A DNA stretch of 64,000 nucleotides from Eledone cirrhosa (lineage: Eukaryota): contig OZ024742.1 of the NCBI GenBank assembly GCA_964016885.1, forward strand, positions 73,222,001 to 73,286,000. Reading direction: 5' to 3'. Of the stretch, positions 53,901 to 64,000 are shown one piece after another (positions within the stretch are counted from its first letter, which is position 1; each line of letters starts with the position of its first letter). Both the position numbers and the translations under genes were made by a program. The notes under the pieces are model-generated. The model worked only from the letters and a program-made list of their open reading frames with translations. It made no database searches and had not been told where the DNA came from.

Positions 53901-56900
53901 AGGACCTTGGCTATAGTTGGACTTATCAGTAAAGAACAGTAGGACCTTGGCTATAGTTGGACTATCAGTAAAGAACTGTACGAGATTGGCTATAGTTGGA
54001 CTATCAGTAAAGAACTGTAGGACCTTGGCTATAGTTGGACTATCAGTAAAGAACTGTAGGTCCTTGGCTATAGTTGGACTATCAGTAAAGAACTGTAGGA
54101 CCTTGGCTATAGTTGGACTTATCAGTAAAGAACAGTAGGACCTTGGCTATAGTTGGACTATCAGTAAAGAACTGTAGGACCTTGGCTGTAGATGGACTAT
54201 CAGTAAAGAACTGTAAGACCTTGGCTATAGTTGGACTACCGGTAAAGAACTGTAGGACCTTGGCTATAGTTGGACTATCAGTAAAGAACTGTAGGACCTT
54301 GGCTGTAGATGGACTATCAGTAAAGAACTGTAAGACCTTGGCTATAGTTGGACTACCGGTAAAGAACTGTAGGACCTTGGCTATAGTTGGACTATCAGTA
54401 AAGAACTGTAGGACCTTGGCTGTAGTTGGACTATCAGTAAAGAACTGGAGGACCTTGGCTATAGTTGGACTATCAGTAAAGAACTGTAGGACCTTGGCTA
54501 TAGTTGGACTTATCAGTAAAGAACTGTAGGACCTTGGCTATAATTTGACTTATCAGTAAAAAACTGTAGGACCTTGGCTATAGTTGGACTATCAGTAAAG
54601 AACTGTAAGACCTTGGCTATAGTTGGACTATCAGTAAAGAACTGTAGGACCTTGGCTGTAGTTGGACTATCAGTAAAGAACTGGAGGACCTTGGCTATAG
54701 TTGGACTTATCAGTAAAGAACTGTAGGACCTTGGCTATAGTTGGACTTATCAGTAAAGAACAGTAGGACCTTGGCTATAGTTGGACTATCAGTTAAGAAC
54801 TGTAGGACCATGGCTATAGTTGGACTGTCAGTAAAGAACTGGAGGACCTTGGCTATTGTTGGACTTATCAGTAAAGAACTGGAGGACCTTGGCTATAGTT
54901 GGACTTATCAGTAAAGAACAGTAGGACCTTGGCTATAGTTGGACTATCAGTAAAGAACTGTACGAGATTGGCTATAGTTGGACTTATCAGAAAAGAACTG
55001 TAGGACCTTGGCTATAGTTGGACTATCAGTAAAAAACTGTAGGACCTTGGCTATAGTTGGACTATCAGTAAAGAACTGTAAGACCTTGGCTATAGTTGGA
55101 CTATCAGTAAAGAACTGTAGGACCTTGGCTGTAGTTGGACTATCAGTAAAGAACTGGAGGACCTTGGCTATAGTTGGACTTATCAGTAAAGAACTGTAGG
55201 ACCTTGGCTATAGTTGGACTTATCAGTAAAGAACAGTAGGACCTTGGCTATAGTTGGACTATCAGTAAAGAACTGTAGGTCCTTGGCTATAGTTGGACTA
55301 TCAGTAAAGAACTGAACACCTTGGCTATAGTTGGACTTATCAGTAAAGAACTGTAGGACCTTGGCTATAGTTGGACTATCAGTAAAGAACTGTAGGACCA
55401 TGGCTATAGTTGGACTGTCAGTAAAGAACTGGAGGACCTTGGCTATTGTTGGACTTATCAGTAAAGAACTGGAGGACCTTGGCTATAGTTGGACTTATCA
55501 GTAAAGAACAGTAGGACCTTGGCTATAGTTGGACTATCAGTAAAGAACTGTAGGACCTTGTCTATAGTTGGACTTATCAGTAAAGAACTGTAGGACCTTG
55601 GCTATAGTTGGACTATCAGTAAAGAACTGTAGGACCTTGGCTATAGTTGGACTATCTGTAAAGAACTGTAGGACCTTGGCTGTAGTTGGAGTATCAGTAA
55701 AGAACTGTAGGGCCTTGGCTATAGTTGGACTATCGGTAAAGAACTGTAGGACATTGGCTATAGTCAGACTATCAGTAAAGAACTGTAGGACCTTGGCTAT
55801 AGTTGGACTATCAGTAAAGAACTGTAGGACCTTGGCTATAGTTGGACCATCAGTAAAGAACTGTAGGACATTGTCTATAGTTGGACTATCAGTAAAGAAC
55901 TGTAGGACCTTGGCTATAGTTGGACTATCAGTAAAGAACTGTAGGACCTTGGCTATAGTTGGACTATCAGTAAAGAACTGTAGGACCTTGGCTGTAGTTG
56001 GACTATCAGTAAAGAACTGTATGACCTTGGCTGTAGTTGGACTATCAGTAATGAATTGTAGGACCTTGGCTATAGTTGGACTATCAGTAAAGAACTGTAT
56101 GACCTTGGCTGTAGTTGGACTATCAGTAAAGAACTGTAGGACATTGGCTATAGTTGGACTTATCAGTAAAGAACAGTAGGACCTTGGCTATAGTTGGACT
56201 ATCAGTAAAGAACTGTACGACATTGGCTATAGTTGGACTTATCAGTAAAGAACTGTAGGACCTTGGCTATAGTTTGACTTATCAGTAAAAAACTGTAGGA
56301 CCTTGGCTATAGTTGGACTTATCAGTAAAGAACTGTAGGACCTTGGCTATAGTTGGACTTATCAGTAAAGAACTGTAGGACCTTGGCTATAGTTGGACTA
56401 TCAGTAAAGAACTGTAGGTCCTTGGCTATAGTTGGACTATCAGTAAAGAACTGTAGGACCTTGGCTGTAGTTGGACTATCAGTAAAGAACTGTAGGACAT
56501 TGGCTATAGTTGGACTTATCAGTAAAGAACAGTAGGACCTTGGCTATAGTTGGACTATCAGTAAAGAACTGTACGACATTGGCTATAGTTGGACTTATCA
56601 GTAAAGAACTGTAGGACCTTGGCTATAGTTTGACTTATCAGTAAAAAACTGTAGGACCTTGGCTATAGTTGGACTTATCAGTAAAGAACAGTAGGACCTT
56701 GGCTATAGTTGGACTATCAGTAAAGAACTGTACGAGATTGGCTATAGTTGGACTATCAGTAAAGAACTGTAGGACCTTGGCTATAGTTGGACTATCAGTA
56801 AAGAACTGTAGGTCCTTGGCTATAGTTGGACTATCAGTAAAGAACTGTAGGACCTTGGCTATAGTTGGACTTATCAGTAAAGAACAGTAGGACCTTGGCT

Positions 56901-58965
56901 ATAGTTGGACTATCAGTAAAGAACTGTAGGACCTTGGCTGTAGATGGACTATCAGTAAAGAACTGTAAGACCTTGGCTATAGTTGGACTACCGGTAAAGA
57001 ACTGTAGGACCTTGGCTATAGTTGGACTATCAGTAAAGAACTGTAGGACCTTGGCTGTAGATGGACTATCAGTAAAGAACTGTAAGACCTTGGCTATAGT
57101 TGGACTACCGGTAAAGAACTGTAGGACCTTGGCTATAGTTGGACTATCAGTAAAGAACTGTAGGACCTTGGCTGTAGTTGGACTATCAGTAAAGAACTGG
57201 AGGACCTTGGCTATAGTTGGACTATCAGTAAAGAACTGTAGGACCTTGGCTATAGTTGGACTTATCAGTAAAGAACTGTAGGACCTTGGCTATAATTTGA
57301 CTTATCAGTAAAAAACTGTAGGACCTTGGCTATAGTTGGACTATCAGTAAAGAACTGTAAGACCTTGGCTATAGTTGGACTATCAGTAAAGAACTGTAGG
57401 ACCTTGGCTGTAGTTGGACTATCAGTAAAGAACTGGAGGACCTTGGCTATAGTTGGACTTATCAGTAAAGAACTGTAGGACCTTGGCTATAGTTGGACTT
57501 ATCAGTAAAGAACAGTAGGACCTTGGCTATAGTTGGACTATCAGTTAAGAACTGTAGGACCATGGCTATAGTTGGACTGTCAGTAAAGAACTGGAGGACC
57601 TTGGCTATTGTTGGACTTATCAGTAAAGAACTGGAGGACCTTGGCTATAGTTGGACTTATCAGTAAAGAACAGTAGGACCTTGGCTATAGTTGGACTATC
57701 AGTAAAGAACTGTACGAGATTGGCTATAGTTGGACTTATCAGAAAAGAACTGTAGGACCTTGGCTATAGTTGGACTATCAGTAAAAAACTGTAGGACCTT
57801 GGCTATAGTTGGACTATCAGTAAAGAACTGTAAGACCTTGGCTATAGTTGGACTATCAGTAAAGAACTGTAGGACCTTGGCTGTAGTTGGTCTATCAGTA
57901 AAGAACTGGAGGACCTTGGCTATAGTTGGACTTATCAGTAAAGAACTGTAGGACCTTGGCTATAGTTGGACTTATCAGTAAAGAACAGTAGGACCTTGGC
58001 TATAGTTGGACTATCAGTAAAGAACTGTAGGTCCTTGGCTATAGTTGGACTATCAGTAAAGAACTGAACACCTTGGCTATAGTTGGACTTATCAGTAAAG
58101 AACTGTAGGACCTTGGCTATAGTTGGACTATCAGTAAAGAACTGTAGGACCATGGCTATAGTTGGACTGTCAGTAAAGAACTGGAGGACCTTGGCTATTG
58201 TTGGACTTATCAGTAAAGAACTGGAGGACCTTGGCTATAGTTGGACTTATCAGTAAAGAACAGTAGGACCTTGGCTATAGTTGGACTATCAGTAAAGAAC
58301 TGTAGGACCTTGTCTATAGTTGGACTTATCAGTAAAGAACTGTAGGACCTTGGCTATAGTTGGACTATCAGTAAAGAACTGTAGGACCTTGGCTATAGTT
58401 GGACTATCTGTAAAGAACTGTAGGACCTTGGCTGTAGTTGGAGTATCAGTAAAGAACTGTAGGGCCTTGGCTATAGTTGGACTATCGGTAAAGAACTGTA
58501 GGACATTGGCTATAGTCAGACTATCAGTAAAGAACTGTAGGACCTTGGCTATAGTTGGACTATCAGTAAAGAACTGTAGGACCTTGGCTATAGTTGGACC
58601 ATCAGTAAAGAACTGTAGGACATTGTCTATAGTTGGACTATCAGTAAAGAACTGTAGGACCTTGGCTATAGTTGGACTATCAGTAAAGAACTGTAGGACC
58701 TTGGCTATAGTTGGACTTATCAGTAAAGAACTGTAGGACCTTGGCTGTAGTTGGACTATCAGTAAAGAACTGTAGGACCTTGGCTGTAGTTGGACTATCA
58801 GTAATGAATTGTAGGACCTTGGCTATAGTTGGACTATCAGTAAAGAACTGTAGGACCTTGGCTGTAGTTGGACCATCAGTAAAGAACTGTAGGACCTTGG
58901 CTGTAGTTGGACTATCAGTAAAGAACTGTCGAACCTTGGTTGTGGTTGAACTATCAGTAAAAAAA
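8959..58965. repeat. ~50-kb tandem satellite of a 39-bp monomer (40-bp variant with GGACTTATC; rare 38-bp variants), ~1,280 copies, single orientation
   Basis: Consensus GTAAAGAACTGTAGGACCTTGGCT(A/G)TAGTTGGACTATCA is repeated continuously. I saw no spacers, inversions or inserted elements. Copy number is ~50,000/39.2. Confidence 0.99.
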
Positions 58966-59900
58966 CTCTTCAGTCCATTCAGCCTAGTCCAACACACAAC
59001 CACTTTTATCATAGCTCCTAGATAAAGGAAAACAACCTGCCCTTCTTGACCAAAAGAAAGCAGTGGGGGGGTAGACAACAGTCGGATCCATCTTAGAGAC
59101 AACAACAGCTGTTCAACAAAACTTCACAAATAGGCAATGTACAGATACTCGAGAATTGCATGCATAATGGTTTCATCACTCTGTGTGCATCTTGGACAGG
59201 CTCTGCTAACAGCACTTCTGTGCCGATAGAGTTTTCTCAAACTGGCAGTACTCCTCAGTAGCACTGCAAGGCCAGGAAGCCATAGTCCCAGAGCTGAAAG
59301 TCTGCAGGAACAAAGTAACTGGTTTATTATGTTTGATGACTAGAATGACTTTGTTCTTGCCTACCACTAGTCCTCTATAGTGAAATTTCCACTGACCACA
59401 TTGCCCAACTGGCAGAGGGATGTGGATGCCTGACATTCCAGATGCCAAGCACTTAGTCTGGGGTTCAATCAAAGAGACAAACTTTAAGAAGATGCACCTG
59501 ATGAAGGATGACCAGAACTGTTCACTAGTTCATATCTGTACATCAATAAATGGTAACCAGAACTGTTTACCAGTGTATACCTGTACCTCAATAGCCGAGT
59601 ATGCTGAACCCTCCACAAGAAATGAAGCAGCAGACACTTCAATCTGGTGAGATAAGAACTGAGGCAAGGCACTATGGTTAGGCAGTAATATATAACAGAA
59701 GTGATGTAACCTTTTGCCATCGCTACCTGACCATTCAGGATTAGCTTCCTCTTGGCTCATTTTTGAGTGAGACTTCCTATTCTGCTTGTTACCTTATCCT
59801 AGATCCTATCCATCTGGAAGTCTGGACCAAACCAGACCTGAGCAACTTAATCAATCTGACTATATTTCTTCAAAGTTATCTCCACCTAAGCCTTTGATGC
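58966..59900 (-). mobile_element. L1-clade (Tx1-like) LINE ORF2 C-terminal fragment with zf-RVT-like region, decayed, truncated at the satellite
   Basis: Minus-strand translation across stops and frameshifts: KLL/VWFGPDFQMDRI*DKVTSRIGSLTQK*AKRKLILNGQVAMAKGYITSVIYYCLTIVPCLSSYLTRLKCLLLHFLWR ... LALQCY*GVLPV..LYRHRSAVSRACPRCTQSDETIMHAI ... FVEQLL ... VVCWTRLNGLK. This fits L1/Tx1 hallmarks: K.LGV, LS..GR...FLW, and the CxxC..ET..H knuckle. Confidence 0.85.
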
Positions 59901-60169
59901 TGTTTCCAGGAACCAACTCCATATTAATCCATAGTGGTAGGAAACTGTTTTGTCTGTTTTTATTTTATTTTTGTTGTGCCATTATGCAGTACTGCAAAAG
60001 ACCTGCCTGCCCATGTTCACAGGCTAAAGCATATATGTCTCTAGTACTAGTATGCACCACACCCTTCACACTTCCTTACACCTCCCATGTCCTAATACTC
60101 CACCCTTCACCAGTTAAGTGTCCTAACTTTCCATTCCCCACTCTATATAAGCACCTTCTCCACCCAAGC

Positions 60170-60449
60170 CCCCAGTCCACACTGTAAAGTGATTGTTTTC
60201 ATGTCATGACAAAAAACACCCCCAAAACACTGTAAAGGGGTCGTTTTAGTGCCATGATAAAATTCACCCAGTCCACACTGCAAAAATGGTTGGCATGAAG
60301 GGCACCCAGCATCCGAAACCAAGCCAGAAACAGTTATGTATGAGCAAGACATGGTCACTTGATCTGACTTGTCTCACAATGGGACAACTCGTCTAACCCA
60401 TGCTAGCATGAAAAATAGACATTAAACAGTAATGATGATGATGATGATG
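60170..60449 (+). mobile_element. SINE-like element (family B) with RTE-type (ATG)n tail
   Basis: Three ACACTG(T/C)AAA sub-repeats, TGGTTGGCATGAAGGGCACCCAGC, GAGCAAGACATGGTCAC, and tail TAACCCATGCTAGCATGAAAAATAGACATTAAAC..(ATG)n. Colinear with 5850-6097. Confidence 0.78.
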
Positions 60450-60589
60450 TTGCATTTTTCGGTTTCTGTTATTTGCTGAGATGGCACAATTACTGCCTCC
60501 CATTCACTTTGGCATCTTTGTTGGCAAGAGATAGTGGATATAATTCCTTTGGAGTACTTGCAATGGCTGAAAAAGGCCTTGGTTATGTG

Positions 60590-60745
60590 GGTATTGTTGT
60601 TGTTTCTGTCATTGGTGAAGCTGTTGTTATTGTTTCTGTTGTTGATAATGTTGATATTATTTTCATTGATATGTTGTTGTTGTTGTTGTTGTGGTGGTGG
60701 TGGTGGTGGTGGTGGTGGTGGTGGTGATGGTTGTGGTGGTGGAGG
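60590..60745. repeat. (GTT)n/(GGT)n compound microsatellite with a degenerate left part
   Basis: Perfect TGT then GGT runs at 60672-60726. They generate the poly-P/Q/W/G/T ORFs in the track. Confidence 0.93.
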
Positions 60746-60851
60746 TATTGTCAGTGATATAATTTTCATTAGCACTTATCAAGAGTGTATTTTCTCTTCT
60801 GTTCAAAAAGGACCATTTTTCATGAGGTCCTTTTTTGCATATTCTTGTGCT

Positions 60852-61050
60852 AGCTTTTGTTGTTCTAGCAGTGGTGCTAGTGGAAGTGGTGACAAATACT
60901 GTCAATGCTGGAAAATGGGTGTTATTAAGGCTGAGAGAGAACTGCAAAGCTTTTGATATTCTACTAGGGTGCTAGTGGAAGTGGTGACAGGTACTGTCAG
61001 TGTGTGTGTTGGGGGGGGGGGGGTTATTAAGGCAGAAAGAACTGCAAAGC
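60852..61050. repeat. Diverged ~95-bp tandem duplication (2 copies)
   Basis: GTGCTAGTGGAAGTGGTGACA..TACTGTCA at 60874 and 60969, each followed by GTTATTAAGGC...AGAACTGCAAAGC. Confidence 0.85.
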
Positions 61051-61271
61051 CAGTGATGTTTGTTTGATGCCATTAAAAAAAGACACTGATAAAACAAAGG
61101 TTTTCAAATAGTAAAAATGTCCCTTAAAGCCAGAAATTTAGGATAATTATTTTACCTTACTCTTTATATTTGGTAATAATTTCCAAAATTAAACTGTCAG
61201 AGACAGGTAATAAGTGACAAAACAAAGGAGCTGTAATGACACACATGCTCAATGTAGACAAGTGCAATAAC

Positions 61272-61625
61272 AACTGTTCCTAATTTAGGCACAAGGCTAG
61301 CAATTTGAAGGGAAGGGGAAAGTCAATTAAATCAACCCCCAGTGCATTACTGGTGCTTTATTTTATCAACCACCTAAGAATGAAAGGTAAAGCTAACCTC
61401 AGTGAGATTTTAACTCAGAACATAAAGGGCCATAACTACATGCAGCAAAGCATGTTGTCCGACAGTCTACCGATACTATTAATTCAATTTTGGTACTTTA
61501 TTTTATCAACCTTGTAAGGATGAAAGGCAAAGCTAACCTTGGTAGGATTTGAACTTAGAACATAAAGGGATGTAACCATATGCTGCAAAGCATGTTGTCC
61601 GATGCTCTACCAATTCTGCCAATCT
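61272..61625 (-). mobile_element. tRNA-derived SINE (family A) with tandemly duplicated head+core
   Basis: Two colinear ~142-bp units (TGGT.CTTTATTTTATCAACC...ATGAAAGG.AAAGCTAACCT...GATTT.AACT.AGAACATAAAGGG...GCAAAGCATGTTGTCCGA) at ~61350 and ~61491, with a single 3' part at 61272-61349. Confidence 0.8.
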
Positions 61626-61895
61626 ACGAATCCCTAATTAATAATAATAATAATGTCTGCAATAAGAGCATTTGTAACAAGTGTAATTTGATTCCAATGT
61701 ATTACTGGTACAATTGAAGAGCAGTGACCCAGGTTGGGTGAAACAAAAGTGACATAAGCATTGACTGAACTCAAAACAGTGAAGTAGAAGAAAGCTAGAT
61801 TCCAGTCTACATTTTTACAGCCCTAACAACTGTGACATCGTCCTTTTTTGAAAAAGATGACTAGGCTTGTTTCAGCATTTACTGTTGCTGTAATT

Positions 61896-61973
61896 TAGTA
61901 GTAGTAGTAGTAGTGGTAGTGGTGGTGGTGGTGGTGGTGGTGGTGGTGGTGGTGGTGGTGGTAGTGGTGATGG
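61896..61973. repeat. (TAG)n(TGG)n compound microsatellite
   Basis: Direct reading. Confidence 0.95.
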
Positions 61974-62069
61974 GTTACCTGGCAGAATAAGAGAAATGTT
62001 AGAGATCAATAAGTGAGGAATTATAGAAATCAATATTGAAGTTTGAAATGGAAAATATATTTGTGTCTG

Positions 62070-62186
62070 AATGGTTGTGTATGTGTGTGTGAATGATTGT
62101 GTGTGCGATGTATTGATTTATCTGTATGCATATATATATATATGAATTACATGTGTGTATGTGTGTCTGTGTGTGGGGGAAGTGTG

Positions 62187-62221
<35 letters not shown>

Positions 62222-62237
62222 CAATTGTGTATGTGTG
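62070..62237. repeat. Mixed (TG)n/(TA)n microsatellite region
   Basis: Direct reading; TA runs at ~62130-62142 and ~62194-62221. Confidence 0.9.
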
Positions 62238-62280
62238 GAGGGGAAAGAGATTTCTGTCGAATCAATGAATAATTTTTTTT

Positions 62281-62448
62281 AGAGAAGTAGAGAAGGAAAG
62301 ATGAGAGGGGAGATGAGGAGGAGAGAAGAGGAGAGGAGATGAGAGAGGAGGAAATTGAGATGAGAGGGAGGAGAAGAGAAGAGTAGGGGGATGAGGGAGA
62401 AAAAGAGGAGGAGGAGGAGGAGGAGGAGGAGGAGGAGGAGAGAAGATG
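62281..62448. repeat. Polypurine tract ending in (GAG)n
   Basis: Almost exclusively A/G on the plus strand; perfect GAG run at 62405-62440. Confidence 0.93.
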
Positions 62449-62531
62449 ACCAACTGATAATGAAAGTATTGTTATTAATACTTCGAAGTTAAGTACCCTT
62501 CAGTGTAACTGAATTTCAGATGAGCCCAAAT

Positions 62532-63965
62532 ACATTTGACAGTGGGGTTCTAGCTGGACATATTTGCCAGTGGGGTTGAAACTGGACATATTTGACAGTG
62601 GGGTTCTAGCTGGACATATTTGCCAGTGGGGTTGAAACTGGACATATTTGACAGTGGGGTTCTAGCTGGACATATTTGCCAGTGGGGTTGAAACTGGACA
62701 TATTTGACAGTGGGGCTCTAACTGGACATATTTGACAGTGGGGCTTTAACTGGACATATTTGGCAGTGGGGCTCTAACTGGACATATTTGACAGTGGGGC
62801 TTTAACTGAACATATTTGGCAGTGGGGTTGTAACTGGACATATTTGGCAGTGGGGCTTTAACTGGACATATTTGGCAGTGGGGCTCTAACTGGACATATT
62901 TGGCAGTGGGGCTCTAACTGGATATATTAGACAGTGGGGGTTGTAACTGGATATATTTGACAGTGGGGCTCTAACTGGACATATTTGACAGTGGGGCTTT
63001 AACTGAACATATTTGGCAGTGGGGTTGTAACTGGACATATTTGGCAGTGGGGCTTTAACTGGACATATTTGGCAGTGGGGCTCTAACTGGACATATTTGG
63101 CAGTGGGGCTCTAACTGGACATATTTGACAGTGGGCCTTTAACTGGACATATTCGGCAGTGGGGCTCTAACTGGATATATTAGACAGTGGGGGTTGTAAC
63201 TGGATATATTTGACAGTGGGGCTTTAACTGGACATATTTGGCAGTGGGGCTCTAACTGGACATATTTGACAGTGGGCCTTTAACTGGACATATTTGGCAG
63301 TGGGGCTCTAACTGGATATATTAGACAGTGGGGGTTGTAATTGGATATATTTGACAGTGGGGCTCTAACTGGACATATTTGACAGTGGGGCTTTAACTGG
63401 ACATATTTGGCAGCGGGGCTCTAACTGGATATATTTGGCAGTAGGGCTCTAACTGGACATATTTGACAGTGGGGCTCTAACTGGACATATTTGACAGTGG
63501 GGCTTTAACTGGACATATTTGGCAGTGGGGCTTTAACTGGACATATTTGGCAGTGGGGTTGTAACTGGACATATTTGACAGTGGGCCTTTAACTGGACAT
63601 ATTTGGCAGTGGGGCTCTAACTGGATATATTAGACAGTGGGGGTTGTAACTGGATATATTTGACAGTGGGGCTCTAACTGGACATATTTGACAGTGGGGC
63701 TTTAACTGGACATATTTGGCAGCGGGGCTCTAACTGGATATATTTGGCAGTGGGGCTCTAGTTGGATATATTTGACAGTGGAGTTCTAATTGGACATATT
63801 TGGCAGTGGGGCTCTAAATGAACATATTTGACAGTGGGGCTCTAGCTGGACATAATTGACAGTGGGGTTGTAACTGGACATATTTGACAGTGGTGTTCTA
63901 ACTTGACATATTTAGCAGTGAGGCTCTAACTGGACATATTTAACAGTGGCGCTCTAACTGGACAC
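62532..63965. repeat. 28-bp minisatellite (ACTGGACATATTTG(A/G)CAGTGGGGCT(C/T)TA), ~51 copies
   Basis: CTGGACATA recurs at 62554, 62582, 62610 and onward (period 28). A 29-bp variant with GGGGG also occurs. The array decays at ~63770-63965. Confidence 0.97.
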
Positions 63966-64000
63966 AGCATGACACTGGTTAAAAAGATTGATTTGCATTT

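Noticed and set aside
8959-58965. CRISPR array (repeat length ~39 bp)
   Set aside because: The monomers are directly adjacent with no unique spacers, there are no cas genes or leader, and the context is eukaryotic.
58978-58995. Plus-strand FSLVQH as the continuation (FDSVPH) of the R4 RT after the array
   Set aside because: These bases are explained by the minus-strand L1/Tx1 reading VCWTRLN, and no further RT motifs follow on the plus strand.
8877-59105. The many ORFs encoding VKNCRTLAIVGLS or FTDSPTIAKVLQF repeats as real genes (LRR-like or other repeat protein)
   Set aside because: They follow from a 39-bp period, are open on both strands, are repeatedly frameshifted by 40-bp monomers, mostly start at TTG, and have no unique domain or splice structure.
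59786-60358. ORFs 59786..60187 and 60143..60358
   Set aside because: They overlap the antisense strand of the LINE fragment and a SINE, with no recognisable protein features.
60805-60836. AAAAAGGACC-N11-GGTCCTTTTTT hairpin resembling a rho-independent terminator
   Set aside because: Eukaryotic context with no upstream gene. A single 10-bp stem that is half A/T run is plausible by chance.
60422-60956. Poly-Pro/Gln/Gly/Trp/Thr ORFs in four frames
   Set aside because: They arise from the (GTT)n(GGT)n microsatellite and show no domain signal.

Overview
AT-rich, repeat-dense eukaryotic DNA. The SINE and LINE remnants resemble those I recall from octopus/cephalopod genomes; that taxon is an inference and has not been checked. 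No intact protein-coding gene, RNA gene or CRISPR array can be supported. About 78% of the window (~8,959-58,965) is one uninterrupted head-to-tail satellite of roughly 1,280 copies of a 39/40-bp monomer (GTAAAGAACTGTAGGACCTTGGCTATAGTTGGAC[T]TATCA). It contains several nested higher-order duplications (~0.7, ~1.0, ~2.1, ~2.75, ~5.5, ~6.3 and ~13.5 kb). The many 'VKNCRTLAIVGLS' and 'FTDSPTIAKVLQF' ORFs arise from the 13-codon period and are not genes. The main observation is that the array begins exactly where a decayed R4/Dong-like non-LTR retrotransposon reaches reverse-transcriptase motif A (..VK.RR.L.VVWLDYQ), and the monomer aligns with that segment, so the satellite appears to have arisen in place from RT coding sequence. 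On the right the array abuts a truncated, oppositely oriented L1/Tx1-like ORF2 fragment rather than the rest of the R4 element. The flanks hold tRNA-derived SINE copies, a second SINE family with RTE-type (ATG)n tails, an RTE LINE 3' fragment, TTAA-flanked MITEs, two other minisatellites (41/44 bp and 28 bp) and microsatellites.
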